DNA of 64,000 nt from the human T2T-CHM13v2.0 reference genome, Homo sapiens, in assembly GCF_009914755.1 (NCBI RefSeq), contig NC_060931.1; one strand, written 5' to 3'. Shown in pieces: positions 1 through 13,602 of the stretch. The notes below the pieces were generated by a model that was given only the letters and a program-made list of their open reading frames with translations, did not search any database and was not told where the DNA came from. A program made the position numbers and the translations under genes. Every line of letters begins with the position of its first letter. Position 1 is the stretch's first letter.

Positions 1-639
1 TTCTATCACAAAATTCCCTTAAAACGTATGCAGGTATATCTCAAGTGAATAAAAAATGTATAAAGGAAAAGAAAAAATAGAAAAATTGTTCATGTTTTTG
101 AATCAATGAGACCTATACTGGTAATATGAGCAGTGGAAGAGTTGGTAAGGAAAATAAAGGTTGAATAAAATCAATTTCCCTAATTCTCTTAATCTCTAAT
201 GCTAACGGGCATGGACCATCTAAACATTTAACATACACATACCTTTGTCATACACTGTCTTGTCTTGTTAAAAACTGTTGTGCATTAAACTCCTGCTCAA
301 TTTCAAGTTTCATAATGTGTCAGCCCTATGTCTTATTAGTTTTTTATTTCACCTGTACCAAGAAAATGTTGCATGCCTCCACAGCACAAACTGTCATGAA
401 ATTTGAACCCAAAGGCTGTGGCCAATTATGTGACATCTCACATATTTTGGACTTTACACGTTGTTAGTGTTGTTAGTGTTCAATCTTTAAATACTGAGAT
501 GACTAGAATGCTTGCAAGGCTTCGGCCTCAAAGACATCTAATGCAAAATTATGGACAGAGTGTGGCAGGTGCATTCATTGTCTACTCAGTATCTACTTTC
601 TTCTTCATTCTAATTTGTAGTAACCCTCCCCCCACCATT

Positions 640-1080
640 TTCTGGGTTGGCATTGTGTCCAAGTAAAATGCTACATTTCCTGTTCTCACTTTCAACTAGG
701 GGAGCCATGTGATCCTGGCCAATGAGATAGGAACAACACCTGCTTGGGATTTCTAGACGTGTTTGCTTTTATTTCTAGACGTGTTAGTAGGAAAAAAAAC
801 CACATTTTTTTCCTACTAATCACTTTCTTTTTCTACCAACTAGAAATGCTGAGATGAGGCTAATAGTAGCACAGCCATATTTCAACGATGAGGCAAGCCT
901 TGATTCTGAGAACTATGTGATAAGGATCACCAAGCATGAAGACTAGAGAGACTGGGATATTAATGACAGGGAAGCTGCTGATTCTGCCTTGCACTGCCTC
1001 CCTACTTTCCATCGTGTTAGGAAATTAATTGCTATTTGGTTAGACCACCAAGCAGTCTATTCATTCCAGGCACTCAAAAT
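640..1080 (+). mobile_element. Old MaLR LTR remnant (MLT1H/I/J-like)
   Basis: Motifs 'ctacatttcc...ctaggggagccatgtgatcctggccaatgagat' and 'gcagccatatt' resemble the MLT1 consensus. Diverged; boundaries approximate. Confidence 0.55.
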
Positions 1081-1559
1081 CAGCCTTCAATGTCACATAT
1101 TTGGCCACAGCCTTCGGGTTCAAGTTTCATGATAGATTGTGCCATGGAACTATGCAACATTTTCTTAACTGAAATCAGAAGTGTGTGCTCTCGAATGCAG
1201 CCAAATTCAGTGAATTTAGTCCAACGTTCAATTGAGTCTGCAATTTTCATAGTATCCTGCTCCTCTCCCCTCCCAAAGCAAACAATAAAATTGGCTGCTT
1301 GAGTAATATTCTCACATTCAGCCGGTAGTGCTGATATCATGGGTATACTTCCTCAGCATGGTGATATGAGACACCAGAGATCTATATATGCCCTTTAGTC
1401 TGGGTGAAACCTGCAGCTTTCAGTTCCATAATGTAATCTATGGCCTTCGTCAGTGTGAAACAATCCCATTTTTGAACATCCATCAAAAGCCATCACAGGA
1501 GTGAACATCACACAAAGCAATCCAAACATAGTAAAAATAATAAGTTCAGAAGCTGATAT

Positions 1560-1715
1560 TATACCAGTATAATGGTTTGGATCTCTGCTGTCCATGTACC
1601 AGCTGTGTGAACTTGAACAAGTCCATGATCTCTCTGTAACTGGCATCTGTCTTCACAGGGTTGTTTTGAGGTTTTTAATACATGCAGAATGCCCCTTAGA
1701 GTTCAGGTTTAGAAA
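1560..1715 (+). mobile_element. MIR SINE fragment
   Basis: MIR core-like 'accagctgtgtgaacttgaacaagt...cacagggttgttttgagg'. Confidence 0.65.
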
Positions 1716-2779
1716 CTTAAATATTACACAATTGTTTGGGTTTTAGTGAAAAAAAAAAAAAACCTAAACCTTGATATTTTAGGAAAAAATAGGCTAGAAG
1801 ATAAAGAACATATTACTTTATAGTCATGATAATACATTTGCAAGTTTATGTTCTCATTCACTTACTACCTATGATCATTCAAAAAGCATCTATTGAATGC
1901 CTGTGCTGCTCCAGGAGTGGCAATGAGTCATCCTAAAAGTAGATTATTCTACCTGGAGACACCGAGAAAAAGAACATTTTTGAACCCGGTCAAATTTTTG
2001 AAATTTAGTTTGCATCAAAGAGATCTAGAAACTTCAGCAAAATTATCCATAAAGAATGCAAACCACTAAAACAAGTTGGAAACAACTAAAACTCTAAACA
2101 ATTTGACCTGGATATAATTACAGGAAGACAGTTTCTGAAATGTGTTTGCAAATAGTAAGTATAAAAAGAAACTGCATCTCAGCCTGTCTGCAAGAAATAT
2201 TGAACAGAAAGAGGGATAGCTAGCTTGGAGCATTGAAAAAGGGAAGCTGAAAGAGACAGAAGTTGGCAATACTTGCCCGATGCTTTGCAGAGAAAAGAGG
2301 TGATGAATAGTTGCTTACTGTTGTGAAGATGGAGAGGATTCACCAGGTTCTTCTCATGACTTGGATAAAATATCTCTCACAAGCACCTCATTCTGCTCTA
2401 ATGTATTTGTAATGTAACGAAGAGACTCTTTTCCTCTTTACAAAGTTCCTTTGTCTATGTCCTGCCTGACACCAGGAAGGTAATATGCTGGAGAGAAAAT
2501 GTGAGCATATTACTCATTAAAATTTAGAAATTTTCTTCCTGGCTTATAGAATGGTAGGTTATAAATTTAGTTGTTGTGAGTCAATTCACTTGAGTTCAAT
2601 CCATCTGGGTTTCTGACTATACGAAGGCTGAGAACCAAATCCTAGATCATGGTGAATTCACCCATTTTCTGGCACCTGAAGGTTCTAAGAACCTGGCCTA
2701 CTGGCCTTATCTGGATACATTCCTACTTACCACTGTACCTTTTTTCTTGTCTCTCAATATCATCATTGAATTATATATT

Positions 2780-2950
2780 ATAATTTAGAAAGTATTTTCC
2801 AATAGCTCATCTCCTTCGAAATTCATAATTCTGTCAAAAAAACAGAACATATATGATCCCTATTCCACAGACCTATGAACTGAGATGCAGAGGTGCTAGG
2901 TTAGCTAACTTAGTTGCATGAAATTTAAATTCAAGTCTTTTAAGTCAGCA
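2780..2950 (-). mobile_element. MIR SINE fragment
   Basis: 'gaactgagatgcagaggtgctagg...aaatttaaattcaagtct' resembles the reverse-complement MIR core. Confidence 0.45.
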
Positions 2951-4264
2951 TTTATTTTATAAGACATTTTTATCATTCTCCATAATTTATGTTTAAGAAG
3001 ATGAATCAAAAGCCATTAAGATATTACAACAAAAAAGACTTAAATTGTACCTACAATATTATTGTAGTAGAAAAGCAAGCTAATATATTTTAAATGCATT
3101 TTTAAAACTAAAAGATAAATATCTGCTGAACTATGAATTAATTAGAAAATGTTTATAAATGTGTTTCTAGAATACTGGCTTTACAAACTTTAACTTGACT
3201 AGGGAAGCATGTTTTGTATTTCTTACCTTTCTGGAGCTCACACTCCAGAAGGCTTGGGTATCATAGCTTACTCTGTCTCTTACCAACTGAGTTACTTGTG
3301 GACAAGCGAATTTATCTTCTACAGGCTTAGTCTACAAAGTATTAGCATTAAAAGATTGAATTAGATAAATGTATGTTTTTTTAATCAGGTATAATATTCT
3401 CAGACTAAAAGGCATAATCTTTTCAACTCTGATTCTTATCCTTTTGATTATCTGGGGTTTTCACTTTAATGATAACAAGAAAATGTATTAAATCACATAA
3501 TGGTATAGTGTGCCAACATTCTAGACACATCAGAAAATAATTATTAAAAAGCTAAATGGAAAAAGAAAATTGTGGAGACAGAAATACAAACCTAATTTGG
3601 CCTGCAATTTAGGAAAATTAGCAAAAAGAAACTTTCAAATAATATAATTTAAAAAGTTAAATTTGTCTCTAAAAATCTATTTGGTTCATTACTATTGAAA
3701 ATAATAAATTATTTAAAATAACTGGAAGAAAAGAAACTTCCAGGCCATTGTCTCCACACAGAACTTAATTTTTACTTCATTAAAATTATGTGGCCCCCAA
3801 GAGATGCCCTTAATAGAAATTTTATAGTTTCTTCTTGAAAAGCTAAAACTAGCACATGAATTAATCTGCCAGGAAACTTTGGGAGAATATAGGAGCCAAT
3901 CTAGAGAAAAAAAAAAGTTAAGAAATCTGACATCTTTTTATAATTCTTTGGCATCATAATATTAGCTCGCAAAACACCCACTCGGGCATATTGTCTGCAA
4001 CATTTTATATGAAAGCATTCTTTGCAATGAAAGAATATTAAACCTGTTTCTCAAGTTACTAAGCACACTTTTGCTTTAAAACCACAGCTATTCCCAAAGT
4101 ATGTGAGGACATTTTGTTGTACTTTTATAAAAAAAAAAATCTACTGTTAATCCCTTTGCCAATGTTTTATCCTAGAGAAGAAAGAAGTGATATAGATATC
4201 ATAATTTCCAATAAAGAAAAGGATGGCTGGAGAGTAGTCTTCCTTATTGTCTTCATCATCTTCT

Positions 4265-4390
4265 TCATCTTTTAGCCAGTGCTAGTTATGTGTCAGACAC
4301 TTTTTAATACATTAGTTTTATATATCCTTATTTAGTCCTCACAATCATCCCTAGAGCTGACCGTAATTGTTATCCCCATTTTATATTTAA
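4265..4390 (-). mobile_element. MIR 3' fragment
   Basis: 'tatgtgtcagacact...tttagtcctcacaatcatccct...tatccccattttata'. Confidence 0.65.
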
Positions 4391-4399
4391 TATACAGGA

Positions 4400-4800
4400 G
4401 AGAGAAAGGATACATGATGGTGTTATGGTTCTGAGGATGTGAAAGGAGAGAAGATCAGGAGTTAGTTGCCACAGGAGAGAAGCCAGTAACAAGAAGAAAG
4501 AGAAGATGATGGGTGCTAATGTGATGAGTCACAGAGGTGTAATAATAGCATTTAAAGAAGTTCCACCCTGATTACTTCAATTATTTTTGAAGTAAGGGGC
4601 AATTTCATCTGCTTAGGGTAGGAAGGCAAGAAGGAGGGTGAGAAGTTTGAGAGTGAAGGGTTGGCTGGGTGAGTTGAATACAGAAATGTGATAAGATTGG
4701 CAGGTGTTGCTAAAGAAACATTTGCATTTGGTGATCCAGTTGTCTGACATTATCAAGCAAGATTCAGCTGTTTGGGTAGGTGAGTGAAGTTGATTGAATA
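4400..4800 (-). mobile_element. L2 LINE remnant
   Basis: Purine-rich diverged stretch typical of antisense L2. No diagnostic terminus visible. Confidence 0.4.
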
Positions 4801-4804
4801 CTGA

Positions 4805-5010
4805 GGTATCAAAGACTTTGTCATTTGCTAATTATAAGGTCCTGGGCAAGATCTTATGTACCATCTATGAATCTTGGTTTCCTCACTTTTAAAATTGGGA
4901 AAATTAATTCTACACTTATAAGATTATTTTGAGGATTAAATGAGATTATATATTTAAAAAACATTTAAGATCCCTGGCATGTACTGAGGCCTAATAATAA
5001 TAATATAATA
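4805..5010 (+). mobile_element. MIR SINE
   Basis: 'cctgggcaag...ttggtttcctcacttttaaaattggga...gaggattaaatgagat...cctggcatgta'. Confidence 0.75.
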
Positions 5011-5474
5011 ATAATATTGTTATTATCACTATTTTATCTAGGCTTGAGACTAAGTGATATCTGGCATCTAGTAGGTATCTTAAAATACTGTTCTACTGAA
5101 AGTCACTTGGAATAAAGGATGAATAAGGCACAATTTATTATTACAGAAATATCTCTGGGGAATGGTCAGATGAATCATAACTGTGACTCCTGAAAGTGAA
5201 GTTTTAAAAAGAAAGCCAATTCCTATCAGTGTCAATCTCAAGAAACCAAGAAAGCGCATGCACCCAAACTCTAATGAAAATAGATCTACACTATATATTT
5301 TCTCTTTGATTTCCAAAATAGTTATTGGGATGGATTTGTTGAATATTTGAACATACATCTCTTCAAAGAGGTAGCTTCAAACAGAAAAAGTCTGACAGTA
5401 TTTCATGTAGGTGTATTTGATTTCATATATTCATAATTAATTAATGTTATCATTTCCTTTTTATTGTTGAACAG

Positions 5475-5530
5475 TGAAGATGAGTTTGGCATGTACAAAC
5501 ATGAATGTCTTTGCCCTGGGGACATGCAAT
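5475..5530 (+). other. Candidate exon of a spliced, probably non-coding transcript
   Basis: Acceptor 'tttcctttttattgttgaacag|' and donor '|gtaagc' in non-repeat DNA. Motif evidence only. Confidence 0.35.
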
Positions 5531-6248
5531 GTAAGCTGACACCCTACAATCCTGAGTACTATCCACTGCGTAGACATCCTTTCAGTATTCCTCTTTGCTT
5601 CTATGTCCAAGTCATATATCTTGCAACACTTTTCACCACAGCCAAATATGTCCCCTTTTCTCTCAACAAAGCAGAGTACTGAATTTCAATGAGATAACCT
5701 TTATCATTCAATTAATTCTTCCATTGTCCCAACTATTACTACATAAAACATTTCAGAGTACAACAGTTAATAGCCATCTGGAAAGGAAAAGAACAACTAG
5801 TAAATTTTTACATTATCTTCAGTTTAAATGTCACATAAATACATTAAGTCTTTACTTGGGTAGCAAATTATGCCTTAAGGACAAATAAAAACATAAAAGT
5901 ATGTTTTAACTTCACAAGCATATTTGCATTTTGTGGTGTTGCACTTCACTCTCTGAGAATCATATTTGGCCAACTTGAAAAGAGCTGAGTTCATAACATT
6001 ATGAAATGTAATTTTTAAAAATTAGCATTCATTCATTGGAATTGAAGTATGTTTGTACACTTCCCTTTGCATTTCACAAAATTATGAAATCCATATGTTG
6101 CAGAAAAAGGTATCAGTGTTCTTAGAGAACTTTTTCTATTATCTCCATCCTGTCATAAAGTGTACAACAGAGATTTTATAAGAGAAAAAAATCCAGTATT
6201 CAAATCTTACCTAAAATATCTTTTATTGTTTTTTTGTTTGAACTACAG

Positions 6249-6352
6249 CTTACTCCTAATTCAAGCAAAGAATCTCCAAAACATAGCCAACAGCTATAAC
6301 ACTAAAGAAAAATTTCCTAAAGATGATGAAGACAGTTTTAAGTCCTGAAAAA
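6249..6352 (+). other. Candidate exon of a spliced, probably non-coding transcript
   Basis: Acceptor 'ttttattgtttttttgtttgaactacag|' and donor 'aaa|gtaagt'. Motif evidence only. Confidence 0.4.
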
Positions 6353-8395
6353 GTAAGTACTCCTATTGAAGTGGTAGGGTTCCACCATACACCAAAGATT
6401 TTGCAAGCTGTGTGCGCTGTCTCCTGCCTCCTTCCTTGTACCTTTCAATTATCCAGGAGAAGTGGCCATGCCTCTCCCTGGAAGGCTCAGACTCATCCTA
6501 TGGCCTGGAGCAACCCTGTCTGAAGCAAGAGATAAGGATGGAATTTTCTCCTTCTACCCTTTTCTTAAAAACATATACATCATAAACAGCATATATAATT
6601 ACCAAACAAAACAGAGTCATTTTCACTTTATCAGGCACAACCGTGATTATAATTAACGTAATTATAATTAACCAGGCCAGTTTTATTTGTTACCAGCCTT
6701 ACACACTGTATTAAGCCATAGCTCCGACTGTGAATCTCAATCCCCCTCCTTAAACTCCTGCCCCAAATCCAGCCTAATGCTTTCTTTTCGGGGGTCTAGA
6801 ACTGGTATCAACAATGTATACAGATCTTAATGATGGTAGTGTGCTTGCTGACTCTTGAGCATCAACCATAATTTTGCTCCTTCTGAATGAAGGCAGTAAC
6901 TGGACATATGTGGAGGCCTGACTGCCAAGTCAGTACTTCTACAGCTGGTCTCTGCTGCTGGGTCAGTTCCACCAACTTTAGTCTTCATGCCTTACCCCAG
7001 GCATCTCATATAACCCTTTCTTCCTGCCTCATAAGTCTTGCCTTAGCTACAGCATACGTGAAACAGCTATGTAAAGTATTCCATGGGGCCTGAAAGAAAA
7101 CCTTCATTCCTTCTCTATTATAAATTATCAAAAGATTCCCTTAAAACTGACCAAAGAATGAGATTATTACATATGTACACAAATTACATAAATTTGAGAT
7201 GTAGAAAACATTTTCTTCATTAGGATTAAATTTTTTAACCCCTGAAACTTATGAGAATAAGCAGAAAGCTTTCTAATCATAATTTATAACCAACTACTAT
7301 GGTAAAACTAATAGGGACTACTATTGTTATCATGATTATCTTCACCACCAACATGTGTATACTATCTGAAATTGAATTGGAAAGGATTATTTCTCTCATG
7401 CTTCCAAAAAGATGGAGGAACACAGGATAATAAAAGGGTAGGCTCAATTACCAAAATTGAACATTTTAAACCTCAATTTCTAGGAAGCTTGAATAAAAAG
7501 GCTCTGTTTTCTTCAACCATATTCTGATGTGCAAATTATAGTTTTGGCATTCTGGATGATATCAAGGGAAATTTTCTTTTCATATCTTTTTAAACTAGAA
7601 GGTCATCATTTTAAGAGGCTCCCTATAGCGCCATAAGATTATCATTCTTATTCTGTTTTTGAGTAATTATATAGAGATGTTGCAATAAATTTCCCTACAC
7701 TTTTCAAACTGTAGTTTTAAAAAGCCTTCTCAAAATACCGTATTTTCTCCCCATTTTCCCAGTGCTTACTGATTTCTTCCTCAATGCCCCTTTATTAATT
7801 TTTGCCCCAGTAAAAGCCTTTTGAACATCTTTGTAACAGTTAAAAGGCAAGGATTAATTATCCACTCCAACACCTTACTGGATCAATTTGCATCCAATCA
7901 GGAATCTGCCAACAGGATGTCAGCAATATTTACAGAAAAATCCTGACATTTCTGACAGCTGGTGAAGGAAGATAATTTGGACTAATATAATCTTGTTGGA
8001 GTCTGATATTATTTGGATGCATATATTTGATGAAGTGTTGTGAGAGCTGATGTTGTTTATCTACAGCCAGCCATAGCCGGGGCCTGTTTTAGAAGACTTT
8101 TTCTGTATGTGCAAAATGAGTTGTTCTCTCCAGTTCCATACTTAGGGGACAGATATCAAGACTTAAGAATTGCCATTTAATTTGTTGCAGTTAAATCATA
8201 GCCTGTAGGGGTTAAGAAAGTAGAAAACATGTTAAAAGTTTACGAGTCCACAGTGTCTGACCTCCTTCATAAAACCAGGGAATGGTTTTCTTAAACTAGG
8301 TGATATGGAAGTTCAACCAGTCTTTACACTTAAGAAAAAGGGATTTTCTCTTATTATTTAAAGTGATCAGCATGTAGAAAATGAAAGTATTGAGA

Positions 8396-8765
8396 TGATA
8401 TGGTCTGAATGTTTGTATCCCCTTAAAATGTATATGTTGAAATCTTAACACTCAAGCTGATGGTATTAGTAGGTGGGGTCTTTGGGAGGAAATAAAGTCA
8501 TAAGTGTACAGCCTCCCCCTGAATGGGATTAGTGTCCCTGTGAAAGATATCCCAAAGAGCTGCCTTGCCCCTTCCACCATATGAGGACATGGTGAGAAGG
8601 TGCCATTTCTATGAACCAGAAAATGGCCATCACCAGACATAGAGTCTGCCAGCACCTTGATCTTGGACTTCCCAGTCTCCAGAACTGTGAGAAATAAATT
8701 GCTGTTGCTTATAAGCTACTCAATATATGTTATTTTGTTATAGTAGCTCAAAAAAGACTAAGGCA
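8396..8765 (+). mobile_element. MaLR solo LTR (MLT1A0-like)
   Basis: TG...CA termini ('tgatatggtctgaatg' to 'gactaaggca'), internal AATAAA, and a perfect 5-bp TSD tgaga (8391-8395 / 8766-8770). Confidence 0.92.
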
Positions 8766-9473
8766 TGAGATAACATGCCCAATGCTTAGTATAGTATTTA
8801 GTACAAATGGACACTGTATAAATGCTAATAATCTTGTCCCACACTAAGTTATTTTTAAGTAATGGTGAATCCACCTCCATACTCTCCTTTTTTACAGACT
8901 ACGATCTATAAGCTAATAGAATGATATTATTCCAAACAGGAATTAAAATCAGAGCACCATATCATTAACAGAGTCAATAAATGGACCCAAGAATTTCAGA
9001 CATCAGAGTCTAAACCTTTTCTTAAAGAAAAGATGGATAACCAATCTCTTTGAACAGAATAGGAAAAAACTAGATACCTTCATATAAAGGAACAAGGAGT
9101 TTGATAACACTACATTCAGGAAAGGAAAATGAACTTTTCCCCACGATTTAAAAAAAATGTAAATTGCTATCAGGTAAGTCCATTGCTGTTTTAACTGCTC
9201 ACCTTGGGGGCTGATGATGTGATGTATGACTTTAGAAGTAAAAAATTGCAGGCAATAATGAATGACCTCAGTGGGAGAAAACAATTTTTTCCTCAGCCAT
9301 TCTTTGTGAATACGGCTGTCCTGGGAGATGACAGGATGACTTCTTATTGCTCACATATGCAGTGCTAAATAGAAGATATTAAGGTCAGATAGACACAAGC
9401 ATCCATAATGCCTTTGATACTTTATCTCTTAATGGGAAATTCAACACCTTTACAGCTAACTGATAAATCCTAG

Positions 9474-9836
<363 letters not shown>

Positions 9837-10369
9837 TTTTCTCCCTAGTGTTTTTAAAGGGGGCTTTACTTGGTGAGTAGAATGGACTGGGAGTTATATT
9901 CACTGCAACTAATTTTATTCTTTCAATTGTGAAAACTATTGGCTTCCATTCCATCTACTATGTAAAAATGTCCAAGAGTTTTATTCATAGGACTCTATTT
10001 AAAGTAGGAATTTTGAAGTTCAATGTAAAATATACATGTAAATATTGGGGCCAAAATGTCCAATGGTCTCAAATGAACTTTGTATGTTTGGTTTTGAACC
10101 TGCCACACTGATAACTAAAATTACAAGTGTTAATTTTAGACAAATCTAACTAACCGCTCAGCACAGTAAAATAACAAGTAATCGTTTGGTACCTTCATTT
10201 TTACAAAAAAAAAAAATTGCTTGTTTAACAAGAAGACACACCATGGTTGTTGGCTTATAAGTTATCTTGCTACCCAGAAAGAAACAATATCTATGAAACA
10301 AAAAACTAGATGTTGAATTACAATCCAACTGATATCTTCATGTCTAAGGGGAACTAATGTTATGATATG

Positions 10370-10580
10370 TAAGAATTATTGAAACATTTATCATGTTCCT
10401 GGCACTGTTCTATGCTCTTTAGATGTATAAACTTACTTTATCCTCACAAAACCTTACTATATCAAATGTTAAGTGTAAGGAAAATAAGGCACAGAGAAAT
10501 AAAGTAACTTGTTCAGAAAGTTTCCAATCCAAGATTTAAATCTAGGCATTCTCAATCTGGTGGCTATACTTTTCATCCAG
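10370..10580 (-). mobile_element. MIR SINE
   Basis: 'catgttcctggcactgttctatgctcttta...tcctcacaa...ggaaaataaggcacagagaaataaagtaacttgttc'. Confidence 0.75.
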
Positions 10581-10624
10581 TCATTCATTGGATGAAATGT
10601 ATCTATGCCTGTATATAGATAGGT

Positions 10625-11300
10625 CTTTATGTTGCATTACAATCTGTGTGCAGTTGAAATGCACAGGTATTAAGTGTACAGTTCAATGAGTATTGAAAAA
10701 TGTGTACACCTGGACAATAGCCAGGTGAAATATTTTCATCACCCCAGAAAGTTATTTGTATTCATTTCTGATTAATTCTTTCACACTATCCCACAACTAG
10801 AGGCAATTATTGTTCTAATTTCTAACAACATAGATTAATCTTGCATGTTTGTAATCTTCATACAATAGAATATTATAGCATGAGCTGTTTTGTTTCTAGC
10901 TTTTGTTACTCAACATAATATCTATGAGATCTCACGTCTGTTGTTCCTTTTTCTTTTTATTGCTGAGTAGTATTCTATTGCATGCTTATACTTCAGTTTA
11001 CTTGCCCAGTCTCTTGGTTGATGGACATTTGTGTTGTTTCAGTTTTTGATGGTTATAAATAACACAGCTATAAACATTCTCACACAATTCTTTTTGTGGA
11101 CATATTTTCTTGTATGTTGAGTGAATTCCCAGGAGTAGACTTGCTAGGTGGTACATGTTTAACTTTATGAGAAACTGTCAAGCTGTTTTCTAAGTGGCAG
11201 TACCATTTAATGCTCCCACCAGTAATGTATACGAGTTCTAGTTGCTTCATATCCTCACTAATGTTTGATGTGGCAGAGTCTGCACTCTTCCAAATTGATG
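10625..11300 (-). mobile_element. Ancient L1 3' end (L1MC/MD/ME-type)
   Basis: 'aaatgcaca...aagtgtacagttcaatgagt' and 'tttttattgctgagtagtattctattg...gttgatggacattt'. ORF 11080..11313 resembles a decayed ORF2 C-terminus. Confidence 0.85.
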
Positions 11301-13194
11301 GTACTGAAGACATGAAATGGAATTATACATAAATATATAAAGATTATGTCAGGGGAATAATTAGTTGGTGAAAATAGCTGTTGCCATCTAAAGCTTTACT
11401 AAACATCAAGATTTCAAACCTTTGTTTTACGTCTCTTGCTTAGTCATCCACAAATTAATTTCTTATCCCCATCTGCCTTGAAAACCCTGAGACAAAGAAC
11501 AGAAAAAGGAGGCAAATAGTGGAGACAAGTTATGGAGAGTAATTTAGGAGTTATTTCAAGGCTACTTACTTGAAGCTCTACAAAGGTCACATTTGTACCT
11601 CCACGCATTTTGCATAACAAAATAAAGCTCCAATCAACCAAGGATTAGAGAACTCATCTTATAAATTATTGAGTAGATAATCAACCAATATAACATAATG
11701 ATATAAAGAATCAAAATATACATCTGAAAATTCTAGTCTTACAGGGAAACAATATGAATACTGATTACTCTAGGTTTGTATTTTGACTAATAATGTACTT
11801 GACATAAGACAAAACTACGTGGATGTTCAGATTCCCATGAGACTTTTGATTACAAATATTAAATATAATTGTCTCAAACTACTATTTTCTTTGAATTGGC
11901 AAAAATAAATTTGGCTAAAACATACATTTATGCAATTATTCCATAAAGGAAATTACTATTATATAAAGATTTTTTCTAAAGTCAGCCAATTCTATCCCGT
12001 AAGAACTACACACAGATTGATATAAATGGTATTCTAATTATGTCAGAAAACCTTTAGAAAACCACTATGATTTTTTGCTCTAAGACTCAAAAAAACATAA
12101 TTCAACCTGGCAGCTAAAATTTTGAAGTCAATTTGAAAAGGCATTTAACTATTAGATAATAATCAATGACACGTTCTTTTAATCTTCATAATATCAGTAA
12201 TAAAAGTTTTTTCTCTTAATTGACCACATTATAATATCTTCCTTTTTATAGAAAATAGTAACATTTTACTGATCTTGTTTAAAATAATGTTTTTATGTTC
12301 ACACATACACTAAGAAACTTCCATAAAAATCACTAAGTTTGGATGCATTATATATACTTTTCCTGTGGTTTGATGCAGGTTCTTGATAACCAAGAGAATT
12401 AAAAAAAAAAAAATACAATTTCCTATGACTTGATTTTCTAGACTATGTCAATCTACATAGCTATGCAAATAAGTTTTAGTATTTACTAATGGCATTTTAA
12501 CAATCAACGGAGTTTAATTAGCAAAATAGTGTTTCTAACCAGTAAGAGAAGTAAGCCTATTTTAAATACCTAACTTGCCATTTAAATTAGAAAAACTTAT
12601 TACATTTTCAATATCCTAGAGCATTCACTGGTATCAGCCTCACTCCACAGACCTTGCTAATTAGCCCCTAAAGGTTACAGTGATTGAATCTACAATTACT
12701 TACTCTCGGATGGAACTCCCATTCATCATCTTTCTCATTTTCTTTCAACTATTCATATGCTACTGTGGGCTTACTGACATTTGTGGTTTCTTTGCAGCCC
12801 ATGTTTAGCATATATCATGGCATGTGAATATGAAAAGTTTTTTTAAAAAATAATTACTATTTCTATTCTACAGGGTTTATTTATGTGAATTAACTATTAT
12901 GAAAAGATGATGGCATAGATATTAACCTACCTTGGCATTATGTTTCTGTTAGATCAGCTGTTCGTATAGCTGCTGAATGTGTTATTTTTGTTTAATCGTT
13001 GAACAGCCTTTAAGGATACCCCACTTTGATCATTTGTGGAGAGTTAAAAAAAGAAAAAAGCATAAGGCCTACACAATTTTCACTTATTTTTCCCATACTA
13101 AAAATTCTAGATTTTTTTTAAGACTGAAACAGATGGGGATTTCGTTGGTTTGCTTGCTTGCTTGTTTTTCTAGAGGCAAGGAAGAATGAACGGC

Positions 13195-13430
13195 AGGGAA
13201 CTGCTTTAGCAATGTTTGACAATAGATTGAATGAGCATGAGTGATAACCAGTTGTTCTGCGTTCAAATTAACCACACGGAGGTCTTGTGTAATGATGAGT
13301 TGCTGAAGGTCATCCCAGTGATTCTGATTCTGAGTGACTGAAGTGAGACTCAGGAATCTGCATTTTAACCAGCTGATTTTCCCCAGATGATTCTTATCTG
13401 AGTAGTTAGAAACGACATTTGAAACCACTG
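13195..13430. mobile_element. MER5-like hAT-Charlie MITE
   Basis: 'attctgattc...caggaatctgcattttaac...ccccagatgattct...tttgaaaccactg'. Confidence 0.7.
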
Positions 13431-13602
13431 ATTTTATCTGCAGTATTTGTCCCTTTAACAAGGTAGAGTAACCACATGAGCTAACTGGCCACAGGCTGAT
13501 ACAAGGAGCCGACTTGAAAAGGATACTATTATGCCCAAGGCACCATTTTGGATTCTTCTGTCCTCTTTATTTCTGATTTACCTGAAATTCACCCTTCTTT
13601 TT

